Positions 1-12,848 of a DNA stretch of 64,000 nt are shown one piece after another. Position numbers and translations under genes: made by a program. Each line of letters starts with the position of its first letter. The stretch's first letter is position 1. The DNA is from Octopus bimaculoides (lineage: Eukaryota), in assembly GCF_001194135.2 (NCBI RefSeq), contig NC_068982.1, forward strand, positions 117,610,983 through 117,674,982, in the 5' to 3' direction. The notes beneath the pieces are model-generated. The model ran no database searches, was not told the DNA's origin, and saw nothing but the letters and a program-made list of their open reading frames with translations.

Positions 1-5
1 ATATG

Positions 6-300
6 CTAGCTAACGTACCTGGTAATTCCGGGGAAAGCGGGGCTTATGTCTTGGTTCGGTTCTCATAATTGCTTCGCTAATCCAATAACAACAATACAAA
101 ATATGTAGCCCTTAAAACGGTTTTGGGACATTTACAGAGAATACCGAACTGTCTTACACAGGATCTTGTTTTTAGAAATTCCCAATAAATTATGAATACT
201 CATATTGTGAAATCAGTTATATAATAAGATGAAGTTACTTACCCGATAGGAAGAATTCAAATAAAGTGACTCCGAAAAGGGGGGTTTAATGCGCTCCCAG
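6..300 (-). mobile_element. Possible 3' end of a non-autonomous Helitron (inner boundary uncertain)
   Basis: Minus strand ends CCCGGAATTACCAGG-TACGTTAG-CTAG: an imperfect GC hairpin (18-32) about 12 nt before a CTAG terminus (9-6). The base after CTAG is C rather than the expected T, and I see no coding remnant. Confidence 0.35.
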
Positions 301-844
301 AATGTATAGAACATAGTAGGAAATACTAATAAGTTATGTCTACTAAAATCGTGAAGCATGTTACGTAATAACCGGTTAATGAGATATGAGATAATAGCAA
401 TTCAAAGTAAATAACTCTTGTGCGTTCCCAGAGAATATTACCCTCGGGGGAGCTAGCGTTGGTGTATTCGTGAAAAAGTCATTAACTGAAATAAGTGGAT
501 CTATTGTTTAGGGAAATGCTATTTAATTCTTTAAGGGTTATACTGGATAAATTGTGAAAATAATTCTAACAGTTCAAATACTAAGTAATAAGCATACTCA
601 ATTTCATTTTTACCAAATAATTTAGGAAAATGAATGGGTTGTTTCCCTTGGTTTTAAAAATAAAATATATTAGATATATAAAGTATCCTTTCCATGGGGA
701 CCTATTATCGATTTTTTCAATAATCTGAGTATGACATGAGTTCTAATCACGTATCAACGTTCATCAAAATAGATAACACGATGTTGCAGGAGTTAGCTAA
801 CAACTTCACAAACACACCTGCAGACAGAATTTTCCACATATGTA

Positions 845-883
<39 letters not shown>

Positions 884-1652
884 TTTATTTATATACATAT
901 ACATACAAAAACAAACAGAGAGAGAGAGAGAGAAAGAAGGTGTAGAGGGGATGTTTACTTATTACATGTTGTTTACAGTATAATTCTCAGACTTGAAGGT
1001 CAAATATATGACTTTTCCTTATTTTTGCAAGAACTACATGTGCTGCGTACAATAATCTTTCTTAGTGTTCTTTATATTCTTTAACACCGAATAAAATTTA
1101 AAGGAGACAATGCCGAGTGATTTTTAGAATTATTTTCTTGTCTATATACAGTGTTATGCAAATGCATGTCTCTTTAGAATTACATTTGCTGAAACGCTTG
1201 AAGAGTTATATTTGGATACACCAGTTTCCGATCTGTTTTCAAATTCGAAGCTACTACACAGCAACAATAACAAATGTGACCTTATAAATTTCAGGCTTAT
1301 TGCTTCTGCTTTAAACATATCGAAGGCTATTAAATCAGTCGGATAGAGACACTTTGTTAATAAATTTGTTCGTCACTGCATTCACAACGATAATTTTACC
1401 TAACTACAGGAGCATGTTCTAATCCGTCACATTCGATTTCTTGCACCTTGTACAGAGCACAAGTTAATTTGTTGTTTTCTGTTAATTGATATCAGGAAAA
1501 ACGTTTGCTGTATCAGACATGAGGCAACATTCCAACCTTTCGATTACATCCATCTTGCGTTAGTCTTGAAATGTTTACATTTGATAAACTTCTTTCTTAA
1601 TCGCACTGATTCACCCACTCCAAGCTAAAGTGAAACAGCGCTAGTGTAACCA

Positions 1653-2031
1653 GGAGGCACAATGGCCCAGTGGTTAGGGCAGCGGACTCGTGGTCGTAGG
1701 ATCGCGGTTTCGATTCCCAGATCGGGTGTTGTGAGTGTTTATTGAGCGAAAACACCTAAAGCTTCACTAGGCCCCGGCAGGGGATGGTGGCGGATCCTGC
1801 TGTACTCTTTCACCACAACTTTCTCTCACTCTTTCTTCCTGTTGTACCTGTATTTCAAAGGGTCAGCCTTGTCACACTGTGTCACGCTGAATATCCCTGT
1901 GAACTACATTAAGAGTACACGTGTCTGTGGAATGCCCAGCCACTTGCACGTTAATTTCACGAGCAGGCTGTTCCGTTGATCGGATCAACTGGAACCCTCG
2001 ACGTCGTAAGCGACGGAGTGCCAACAACAAC
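1653..2031 (+). mobile_element. Full-length tRNA-derived SINE with 10-bp target-site duplication
   Basis: A-box-like TGGCCCAGTGGTTAGG, B-box-like GGTTTCGATTCCC, (CAA)n tail. Perfect direct repeat AGTGTAACCA at 1643-1652 and 2032-2041. Confidence 0.9.
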
Positions 2032-2189
2032 AGTGTAACCAATATACTACTACAATTCACACACACTTCGTTCCTCTCATGAATAATAAACATAACTGTC
2101 ATTATTCTCTGCATTTCCTCTTTTATTCTGTTCATTAACATACCTCAGGCCAAACATTTTAATGTATATTTTTTTTTTAAATTTTAATA

Positions 2190-2335
2190 TTGACAGAAGA
2201 ACTGAAATTTTAGGGGAGGGTGTTAGTTGCTTTCATTGACCCCCACTAATGATCAGGTACTTACTTTCTAGAATTCGGAAGAGTTAAAAAGCAAAGTCGA
2301 CATTGGCAGAACCTTAACTAAGAACGTAAAACCAG
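2190..2335 (-). mobile_element. Degenerate SINE fragment (family A)
   Basis: Shares GGTACTTA...AAAGCAAAGTCGAC...AGAACGTAAA with the copies at 4200-4405, 39416-39630 and 57740-57937. Confidence 0.6.
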
Positions 2336-2459
2336 AGGGAATGTCATTGGCATAGTGACCGGCGTGACAGAGATCGTGCCTGCTCGTCACCCGAATTTTA
2401 CAACATAATATGCTTACTGAAGGAAAACATGGCTTGTACAACAATCTTCCGAGATAAGA

Positions 2460-3220
2460 AGTATGTCAGCTTGGTGATTTACATCATGAACCCGATAATT
2501 ACCCCAGCTGTTACATTTTGTTGAAATTTACCAAAGACATTGCTATAAGACGGGGTGCTGAAAAGTGCCTGGCTTCAAGGTGTCACGAAAGGCCTGGTAG
2601 GAGGTCCAGCCTTCCGAGTTCTATTATAGAGCTTAGAAAAACTGAAGGACCGCTTCAATAAGTGTACGAATGATAGATTGAAATAAACGTTTGTGTTAGA
2701 CCACATATATCCTTAGACAGATAAGACGCTAGGACATCAGCGATCAGGATCTGCTTTAGTTTTTCTGGTTGTTGCAAAATAATTGCCTTCACTTGCGTTT
2801 CCACTTTTATCTGAATGTATAAGAATATCAGATTATACTATGCCTCAAATCTTTAATTATCAGAAATTACAAATCCAATATTTAACTCAATAACCAGTTT
2901 TTATAAACTTTACGAGGGAGTACTGAAAAGGTCCATGTTCTAGGTAAAAACAAAAATTAACAGGAGGATCAGTTAATTAGGATTTTATCCAAAATATTTC
3001 TCCCTCACATTCGTACACTTATTGAAGCGGTCCTTCAGTTTTTCTAAGCTCTATAATAGAACTCGGAAGGCTGGACCTCCTACCAGGCATTTCGTGACAC
3101 CTTGAAGCCAGGCACTTTTCAGCACCCCGTCTTATAGCAATGTCTTTGGTAAATTTCAACAAAATGTAACAGCTGGGGTAATTATCGGGTTCATGATGTA
3201 AATCACCAAGCTGACATACT
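2460..3220. repeat. 213-bp near-perfect inverted repeat (arms 2460-2672 and 3008-3220)
   Basis: By manual alignment the arms are reverse complements with one mismatch, separated by a 335-bp spacer. Confidence 0.9.
2913..3132. mobile_element. Mariner-type MITE (about 220 bp)
   Basis: TA at 2911-2912 then CGAGGGAGTACTGAAAAG. The other end reads CTTTTCAGCACCCCGTCT followed by TA, an imperfect inverted repeat. No ORF. Confidence 0.75.
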
Positions 3221-3589
3221 GCGGCCTCAGTCCCTTAAAAACGTAAAACTAAAAGAGCTAAAATGTCTTTTCCCAGTTATCTGAGGACTATATCCCTAAT
3301 AAGAATACTTATCTTCAACCAATTAATGTTTTCTTTACGTTTAGCTATGTCTCTATATTAATTATCTATAGTAGCAATTATTCATTGTTGCAATTATTCC
3401 TTGTCGCAATACATTTTCATTAATTGTCATTAGTTTTCATTGTAATTAGTATTTCCCGTTAATTAATGATTCTGCTACAACAACATAATGGTCCTTTCAG
3501 GACGGAGTTTGTAAATAATGAACTATCGCCATTTAGTTTTCTGTCACTTCATCTTATTATCATTTCTAACTGAAAGTGTGTACTCCAAA

Positions 3590-3690
3590 TAATCCAACCA
3601 GTACTTGGCTGTTGCTTATTTTATCGATCCTGGAGAGACAACAAGCAACTGCAGATCTCAGCGGAATTTAAGCTCATTAATTATACAAAT
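3590..3690 (-). mobile_element. Highly degenerate SINE family A fragment
   Basis: TTATTTTATCGATCCTGGAGAG...GATCTCAGCGGAATTTAAGCTCA resembles the family A core. Confidence 0.45.
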
Positions 3691-4199
3691 AGACGTGGCT
3701 AAATACTTCCCAGTGTGTTCTTATTTCTTCTCCACACTCCACGCCATGTCATCTTGTAATATTCTGGTAATTATCAAGACCACAAGTCTTTCATCATTTA
3801 TATGTAAATCAACGCTAAATTGACGGGAGCATTATAAAATTGATTCTTCTTATTTGCTTCAAACCTTATTTTATAGACATAATCTATAAAACGAAGTTCA
3901 GTATATGCCTGGTTATTGCTTTATCATTCATTATCAGATGAACTATACAGCGAACACGTTTTGTAATTATACAAAGATGACCAAAAGGAAACAAATTAAG
4001 GCAAAGTCTGTTAGCCTCATATCTATTAGCCTAAATTATAAAGATAATATCACAACATATATGTAATAATACATGCACAAGTACAGAGACACAGACGCAT
4101 ACATAAAAGAATGCTTTAAATCTAGAGAATTTAGAGAATGACTCTTGGATTGGGGGTGAGGCATTTAGCTGAAGTCTTCAGATTTCTGAGAGCACACAT

Positions 4200-4405
4200 T
4201 TAATATCGGTTTCAAAATTTGGCACAAGTCAGGGCGCTATGGGAATGGGCTACATCAATTAAACAAACCCCAGTGTTCAAATGGTACTTAATTTATCGAC
4301 CTTGAAATGATGAAAGGCAAAGTCAACCCCGGAGGAATTTGATCGCAGATAGTAAAGTCAGACGACATACTGCAAAATATTTAGCCCGGCGTGCTTACGA
4401 TCAGA
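4200..4405 (-). mobile_element. SINE family A copy
   Basis: CCCCAGTGTTCAAATGGTACTTAATTTATCGACCTTGAAATGATGAAAGGCAAAGTCAACCCCGGAGGAATTTGA, shared with other copies in the window. From memory the core resembles the Meta/MESC SINE domain (unverified). Confidence 0.75.
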
Positions 4406-4453
4406 CAGACCACAGCCCTGAGCACAAATTTAATATTAAAAGCGAAGATTTTA

Positions 4454-5552
4454 TGGGACGGTTGTTCATTAAATATTTCCTCTGACTCACCTCCGGTAAT
4501 TGCAGGAAACGAGACTTCTACAGGTATCATTATACATGTCTCTACATGTCACATTGTAAATTTCAACTTCCAAGTATTTGTTTGTCTTTTACGGCTGGTG
4601 AAGTGGACTAATGTATTATAATGGAAGCAGTAGAATGCCGATCAGTGATCAGTGTCTTATACTTGAAAAGTAGTACACCAAAAGAGACACTCGATGAGAT
4701 GAAATAAGTTTATGGGGACAATGAAGCATCATACGATGTAATGAAACAATGGCACCGCCAGTTCAAATGTGGTCGGACATCACTGGAAACTGCTCCTATT
4801 CCTAGACGACTACATTCCGCCATTGATGACAACACCATTTTGAAGGATTGCCGCATAACTATTCGGCAACTAGCACAAGAAATGAAGATAAGTAGAGGGT
4901 CTGTAGAAAAAAAATCATTCACGACCATTTGCACATGCGGAAGGTGTCTGCACGATGGATTTCTCGGATGCCCACACTTTTTAAGAAGCAGGAACGAGTC
5001 AATTACTCCCAGCATTTTGAGATCAGAGGAAAGTAGTAATGATGGATTGTCTGGCAAAATTCACCGCTAAGTGCACCGCAATTAATATCATGCTTCTCTG
5101 CTGCAGAAATTGCGGGGCGGTATCAAAGCAGAGAGTCGTGGCATGCTGACTAATGGAGTTTGCCTCCTCCAAGACAACACCCCAGTTCATAATGAACATA
5201 TTGCCCAGATGGAAGCACACTCCAGTGGCTATGAAATATTTGCTTATCCCCCTTATTCTCCCGACCTCGTGCCATCTGACTTCTACCTCTTTCCAACCAT
5301 GAAGTCTTTTCTGAAGGGGTGGCACACTTTCGAATGATAGTAAAATTTTTCCGAGGTAAAGTATTGGCTCCAGATGCATGCTACCGAATTCTACAGACGA
5401 AGTCTTCACAGCTACATAAAGTATTGGGAGAAGTGTGTCACTATTGGCAGAGAATTTTGTCACTATGTAGAGAAGGACTGGTACTTATGTGGTTTCGTTT
5501 ATACTAGTCCTTTGGAAGTGGGTCAGGGGAAATCTTTAATGAACACCCCTCG
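4454..5552 (+). mobile_element. Internally deleted mariner (DD34D-type) transposon
   Basis: TA-flanked imperfect TIRs: TA|TGGGACGGTTGTTCATTAAATATTTCC at the left and GGAAATCTTTAATGAACACCCCTCG|TA at the right. A decayed transposase lies between them. Confidence 0.9.
4621..5470 (+). pseudogene. Mariner transposase pseudogene
   Basis: MEAVECRSVI...SYDVMKQWHRQFKCGRTSLE (HTH region), RITIRQLA, LHMRKVSARW, LLQDNTPVH, YPPYSPDLVPSDFYLF. Stops and frameshifts are present, and the first catalytic Asp region is missing. Confidence 0.9.
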
Positions 5553-5894
5553 TACATAAGAGATAAAGAACTACCTGCAATCATGCAATCAGCTAACTAC
5601 ATTAAAATGTAGTTCTCTCTCGTCAAATTTTACCATGTAGAATATTATAACTGTTTTGCTACTCTTCCAGACTATGTTCTATCTAGAGGCGTCGTGCGTC
5701 AGCATTGAGCAATGTATTTAGTATTAAACTTTTATAAAGATATTAATCCCCCGGTTTCATTTCAAAGAAAATTTATCAGTAACAATCTCGTACAATAAAT
5801 AAAAAAGCTGGAAATTTGAGTTAGCTACCTGACATGATAGATAGAGCAACAGACAAATTAATTTGTGTTAGCTTTAAGTTATGTCACTTCATTT

Positions 5895-6000
5895 CCTTAC
5901 CAGAGTAGTGTCGACTTTGTCCTTCATTCTTTGGAGGTCGATAAATAAAATTACGAGTCAGATATTTGAATAGATTCAATCAGCAAACTCCATCATAGGA
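5895..6000 (+). mobile_element. SINE family A fragment
   Basis: GTCGACTTTGTCCTTCATTCTTTGGAGGTCGATAAATAAAATTAC is the reverse complement of the core seen at 4200-4405. Confidence 0.55.
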
Positions 6001-8164
6001 CATTTTAGACCTTCTCTCTATGTTAGGAATTATTAATATTTAAGTAGCTGTATGAATTGATTTACCTATTTATTCTGTTATGAGTGAAGAAGCTTAAGAT
6101 ATATGTATTGCACTGCCTTGCACACACAGATATATAATTAATTCGTGCAGCTTAGCGGCAGTTCGATGATGCTGAACTTGGGATTTCATGTTAATCTTTC
6201 TTTATGGATGTAAATCTAAAGAAATAAAAAAAAAAATCACTAATGTAAGTAGTTACATCAACATTTATTTACTTCATAGTTCTAATTCATTTCATCACTT
6301 ATGCTAACTATTCGCTCCACAAGCTAAGACATAATGCATATGGTAGATTATGAGAGATGGATGATTATTATCATTCTTGATTATTTATATTTATACAGGT
6401 GAATTTTGTAGGTAAGCAATTCGTTGATTGCTATGTCAAAAATATAGGATTTACGATTGTAAAATTCAGTAGACAAATTTGATTTTATATTGCGCTACGT
6501 TTTATTTAGTAATGTGCCAAACATTTATATAACGAAAGATTCTTATTCTCTAGACTTAAGTAACAACTGTGTTTCGTAAATGAGAAATGATGGAAGACAA
6601 AGTATCCTTCTAACATAATAAAATGTAATACGAAGTCATCTTGTTTGTCATTACTCAAAGATTAATGCTTTCAATATTATTACAACGATGTTAATAGCAA
6701 ACAATGGCAATGTTTGTAGCGAGCCTATTTGACGATTTGTGTCGGAAATCTGTGCTAGTAATGTCCTGATATTGACATTCATGCATTTTCTAAAATTTTT
6801 GATAAGTAAAATTAGCTTTGAGAATGAAATATTGCCCTATGCTATAAATGAATATTTTCTTATTAATATGAGATAAAATCATCTTCATGGAATACTTATT
6901 CTCGTTCTTCAGAATTCCAAAACCTGATTTAATGTGCCCTCACAATTTAGTTATTGCTAATGAATAATTCTCACATGTACCATTAAATTTTATTCAATTT
7001 GATTATTATTACTTTCTGTTGTTCTCTTTAAGCATTTATTTTTTTACCCTTCCTCTGTATTCATGAATTTAAGCTTGAAAGTAGAGAATAATAGTCATTT
7101 AATAATTTGGTAAATAAGAACATCAACTCTTAAAATGATATCAACATAAATATCATCTCTAATATAGGCCACGAAAGTGAGACGGAAGCTTATAGCTTGA
7201 GTAAATGTATATTCGCCCACTAATAAAGCCAATAGAAAATTCAGGTCAACTATCTTACTAGCAAGATTTATATTGTCATTTTGCCTTTTATGGGCTCGTA
7301 GTGGCCATACTACTCATTAAACATGTTCCAAATGTGACCAACTGGAATTTTGTTTCTGTATATAATGTATTCAGAAATGTACTTGAGACTGTATATTTGA
7401 ATATACAATACTGACTGGTGACTCAAATATTAACCACTTGTAAATAATAGGTCAAGTTTGGAATCAGTAAGAACAAATACATAAAAGTTTTATAACTATT
7501 ACCACACTACATTTACCACAAGATGTCAGTAATGTTTGAATTACACGATCAAGAAGACAGTGAGGATAAAATCCAAAGGCTATAACAACTTAAGTACAAC
7601 TATTACGTGTCAGATATTATATAATATATATAAATATGTATTAATATCTATAAATATCGTTATATGGTAACGTAGTTACTGGTCGCCAATTATTGTAGTA
7701 TTGCCACTATTTATGACGATACATTTTACACTATAAGCGTATAGTAACAATACACATATATAACAAATCAGAGTAACAACAACGTAACAATCCAATAAAC
7801 TCTCCACGAACTATATGCTAACCAACAAACTATATTCCGACAAACTACTAAAACGACACCTTACGACTTCCTGCGATTAATGCCTATTCACTCTCTCTCA
7901 CTCAGACCGCTACTGCTTACAGTCGTTCAGTCAAGTCTATTCACGCAGGGGTTGTCGTGTCTCTCGCCAAAACAGCTTACTCTAAGAAATAGGATGCGAG
8001 GTCTGATCAAAAGGTATTAGGACTGGTGATATATGAATAAAAGTACCACACATTCGCATTTAAACTCCTGCTAAGCTGTCTTCTTCGAAGTAGTATCTAA
8101 AACTGCACACGTTATCTGGGGTCGTTTCAATTTATAGAAGAATTCGTATGACACCTTTTCTGTC

Positions 8165-9288
8165 AAGAAGGACTCTTTTCAAGCGTTTGTTTTGGAGAGA
8201 AAACCATAGATATACGATTCCTTACATGCAATGAGTGTTTTTATAGATATACGATTCCTCACATGCAATTAGCGTTTTCATATGAAAAGAGTGTTTTCTT
8301 CGAATCAATCAAGGATCTGCACACTTTACATTTCACTACTGATATAAAAAAACAGAAGCGAACGAGAACATTGTGAGTCTGGAAGATCTTCCTCAGTGAC
8401 GACCATTAATTTATCTAGCAGAGCGCTAGTGAAGATTTTTCCCGCAGTGCTGTGAAGGAAGATACCCTTTTCGTTTCTGCTGGTCTCCAACCTAATAGAC
8501 ATTAATTATGGTCGTTTCTTTAAGGTCCTCGGGAGCAACCATTGCCTCAAAATGTCTCCCTTGTGTTGCATAAGCATATACAGCCTGATATTTTGGGCTT
8601 GATCACTGTGCGGCAAGAGCTCCAGAGATATGTCGACGGAGGCAGGCGCTTTCATGTTATCTAGGGCCTTTTCAAACTTAGAGCACTTTGATGGGATGCG
8701 ATGTAAGGAATGACATCCAGTGTCGGACTGGATATTGGGAGACATTTCGGTCAGCCATGTTGATCGTCCATGTTCGTTTCGCGTAGGCTGTACCAATATT
8801 CTTCTCCACTATTCATCTGCGATGATGGAAATTCCTCTGAAAATGTTCGCGAGGTGAGACAAGTAATCCCACTCGACTGTGGAGGTCTCCAATTTAGAAA
8901 CACCAAAACACCGAGCTCTCCTTGAACATTTTTTTGTAAAGGTGAAAGTCCCGCAGCTGAAACCTGAACTGCAAAATGAGTAGACGATGATCCGTTCAAC
9001 AGTCATCTGCGCCGTGGAATCTTCGGGTCACGAATACATCGATCGTGCTATAGGTTCTGGTGAGGCACCGAAGTAGAAAGTGAACAATGGGATCTAGTCG
9101 GCATCCTTGCTTCGGGATGTACCAGTCGAATGACAGGATGTGGTCTTTTGCCGGTTGGGAAAACGAAAGTAAGTGTTAATAGTCCTCAGATCATTATCAG
9201 CGCATAAGCCAAGGAGAAACAGTCAGTTCGAGTTGCAGCTTCCACACTCCTCAAAATCCAGGATCTCTCGTACCAACTCCCCACTACA
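8165..9288 (-). mobile_element. Decayed RTE-clade LINE (AP endonuclease to start of RT)
   Basis: Endonuclease motifs GSCNSN*LFLLGLCADNDLRTINTYFRFPNRQKTT (about 9140-9243) and DVFVTRRFHGADDC*TDHRLL (about 8978-9040). RT-proximal motifs EKALDNMKAPASVDISLELL and GIFLHSTAGKIFTSALLDKLMVVTEEDLPDSQC (8368-8466), then MVFSPKQTLEK. Confidence 0.85.
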
Positions 9289-9359
9289 AGGTGCAGGTTA
9301 AATTATTACCCAGTAAACACATACGCACACACATACAGAAAGAAACTTAAATATACATG

Positions 9360-9400
<41 letters not shown>

Positions 9401-10092
9401 GTGTGTATACACATGTATTTTTCTATGACTGCTTGTATAGATATATATGCATATATACGTATTAGTGTGCATATATGTATATGTAAGTATATATGTTTGT
9501 ATACATACACACAAATATATATTCTTTGCTTCCGTTTTCATTTTACCTCTGTAATAGTTAACTTCCAGTTTGTCCATACACCGTATACTACGATGTTTTA
9601 GAATATATGTTAGGTACATTCTTCTTCCCACGACAAATCTATAGAAATTAGATGGTTTTTATATACATATATCATTTTAAGCTTCTGGCATAACATCCAA
9701 AGAGCGATTGAAAAATAGAACACACAGGAGTTAACACCAAAATAATTGACATGAAATTACATACAGAGAAATATACACAAACACATATATACACATCTAT
9801 TAAAATATAATTTCTACAGAAGAATATTAAATATACTTTATATATAAGGAAATGTGTAGTCATAAGTTAAAAGCATCTTAAGTGATGATGGCAACGCGAA
9901 GAGAAACGAATAAAGAATTAAAGAAGAAATGGTAATTGAAACAGAATAAAATCAAGAAGGAGAAAAGGAGAGATAATTAGAGAGAGACACTACGAGAGGG
10001 AAGTGGGAGGTAAAGTGGTATAGAGAGGAAAGATAGAAACAGAAATATAGTGTGTGCGTGTGTGTGAGAGAGTGTGTGTGTGTGTGTGTGTA

Positions 10093-10128
<36 letters not shown>

Positions 10129-10629
10129 GCAAACAGACAGACAGAGCGGTATTATGGAGTTATATATATATATACATTCTAAGTTTAAAACAGACTGCAA
10201 AGTCACTAACTACTACCCATGTCAAGAGGTCACGGTACATCTGAATATAATATATCCGTAAGTTCAGCAAGAATGAAAAGAACAGAATAATAAACGAAGC
10301 CTTTAAGGACATGCCATTCAATAATTTCCAAACAAGTGCAGTAATACTGCATGAGATACCAGTTCACCATGATGCGACAAAATCTTCTTACGCTTCGAAA
10401 TTATCGAAAAGTGATTTTACAAGTTCCGTGTGTTTTCAGGTGACTGAAACAGCACTTAGAAAATTATGCCTCGGCACAAATAAATATATTACTTCCCTTT
10501 CTATTAATGAACACATACAGACACACAGACACAAGGCACACACAGAGACACAGACACAAACGCACACACACATACGCACACACACACACGCACAAACACA
10601 CATACCCACAAGCACACACACACACATAA

Positions 10630-10660
<31 letters not shown>

Positions 10661-10800
10661 CACACACACACAAGCTCTCTGTCTCTCCGTCTTTTCCTTT
10701 CTCTCNNNNNNNNNNCACACACACACACACACGCACACACACACACACACAAGCTCTCTGTCTCTCCGTCTTTTCCTTTCTCTCCCACATACATACACTG

Positions 10801-10840
<40 letters not shown>

Positions 10841-11390
10841 TCTAAGCATATTGGATCATCCCATATATAATAAGGTTTTTCTATACTTTTATTTATCAAA
10901 ATTAAGATAAACAATATTTTTTAATCTAAAATATATACTCCCTTTCATTGAGTAATGACAATACTCCCCTACAATGCTCATCCATCTATCTTGTAGACAT
11001 GCAAGGCCCCTCATCCAAAATTCACTTGTCTTGCGTTGTTGTCTTTATCGAACTCATAAAACAAAATATACCGCATATACTCATTTGTCACTTCCGTTAT
11101 AGCTTTAAAAAAAGTAACTATTAAAATCGAACTACACCCTTCTAAACTTACACTAAGAATAAGTACAAGATAAAAATGCCACCTGCTTTTATAGAAATTT
11201 TATGCAGGTAGTTTATCCCGTACCCCGGCATTTAATTCATGCAATTGAAAAAGTTGCATTATTTATGGGATGACTAAATATATTCAGTCGCATACATGTA
11301 TACGCATATGTGTACAGATCTGGCTTAGCTATTCACTTCTCTCATTTCCATCTATATATTTGTATATAAATACACGTTTTTTGTATGTAT

Positions 11391-11452
<62 letters not shown>

Positions 11453-11872
11453 ATGTACGTGTGTGTGTCTGTGTCTATATGTGTATGATGTGTGTGTGTG
11501 TATGTATGCGTGCGTGTGTGCTTTTGTATGTGTTTTTATATGTGTGGATGTGTGATTGCGAAGACAGAACTACAAATATATTTTCTCAAGGAAACCAACA
11601 GCTAACACAAGGCTATTTTCATCATAATTCTTTTTGATACCTCATGTCTTAGAATAAATATTCTAATTTCAGTTGTGACACAGCAGATATTACCTGTGAC
11701 GTGAACAACACATTCATTATGGGCTTACACAGGCTCATAGGTTTTAAAATTTATAGAATTCTAAATGTAATCCTGGCAAAAGAAAATTGGATACAAATCT
11801 TATTTCCTCTTCCATCATAGAAAAATCAGACATACCACATGCAACTTCAACATGATTACATGTAGTTTAAGT

Positions 11873-11882
11873 ACACGCACAC

Positions 11883-11980
<98 letters not shown>

Positions 11981-11999
11981 ACACACACACACACACACA
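11873..11999. repeat. (CA)n microsatellite
   Basis: About 125 bp of near-pure CA repeat. One of many CA/TG, TA, GA and ATCT tracts across the window. Confidence 0.98.
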
Positions 12000-12848
12000 G
12001 GTGTTCACATACACTCATATAGATGTATGTAAACATATGTCTATTTAAAGTGCTAAAATTGTTCTGCAAACTCATATGGAAAATATTTCCATCCTCTTCA
12101 CACACAATCTTAAATAAGAATTACTTGTGGCTGAATTTAAAATGGAATGAGAATACCTGCATTTTACGTAAGAATGACTCTTTACTAAACTTGTATTTCC
12201 GATTGTTCAAAACAAGCATATTTTATTATTCGCATACTTACCAAAGAAACACGCATACTCATACAGAGTTCATTTACCCAGCTTTATAGAACACAAAATA
12301 AATTCATAAATATTATCATTCGTCGATATAGATATTGAATTCTGCGAACCCATTACCTGAACCGTTACTATTAACTTTTTACCCAGACCTATTCATAAAT
12401 AGCCTCTGGACATCTGAAATAACGTTGTTTTACATATTTTATCCTATGTCTTTGTGAACCAAATTCACCCATGCACTTACATAATTACCTAACTAGATAT
12501 TGTCTGCAAATCCCGAACAACGTATCGTAGGCACTTCTACTTCTGATATTGTCGCATTTCGCCACTTTTTTGTCGATCATCTGTGTAATGTGTTTTCAAC
12601 GTTTTACAGAGTTTTCTGTGAAAATTCAAACCAAATATAGATTCTAACTGCTTCGTTTCCCCCAAAACAGGATTGAAGTACAACATTAGTTTGCGCATAA
12701 ATGACAGTAGCGTTGTGTTAGTACTGTTCCATCCAATGAATAGATGCATTCATTCAGTGTTGGTCTTTCAATATGTAGGTCTTTATGGATAAATAATCCA
12801 AAGTTGCAAACAGTTATTGCGACAAATAATTGTGGAATCGAACTTATA

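Noticed and set aside
1653-1725. tRNA gene
   Set aside because: The tRNA-like boxes continue into a SINE body and tail with a TSD, and there is no intact cloverleaf terminus.
7694-7974. Possible solo LTR (TG...CA ends)
   Set aside because: No matching TSD, no second copy and no PBS or PPT. Cannot be supported from the sequence alone.
8506-9288. Gypsy gag plus LTR/PBS interpretation (TGTAG start at 9288, TTCGTGACCCGAAG as PBS-like)
   Set aside because: The same bases translate into clear RTE endonuclease and RT-proximal motifs, so the LTR-like signals are coincidental.
10660-10790. Direct repeat flanking the 10-N gap (also 19288-19340)
   Set aside because: Identical sequence on both sides of a nominal 10-N gap is typical of overlapping contig ends, so it is probably an assembly artefact rather than a true duplication.
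10311-10910. 199-aa ORF and other long ORFs rich in HT, VC, YI or poly-L/Y (for example 25993-26517, 44321-44626)
   Set aside because: These are translations of microsatellites.
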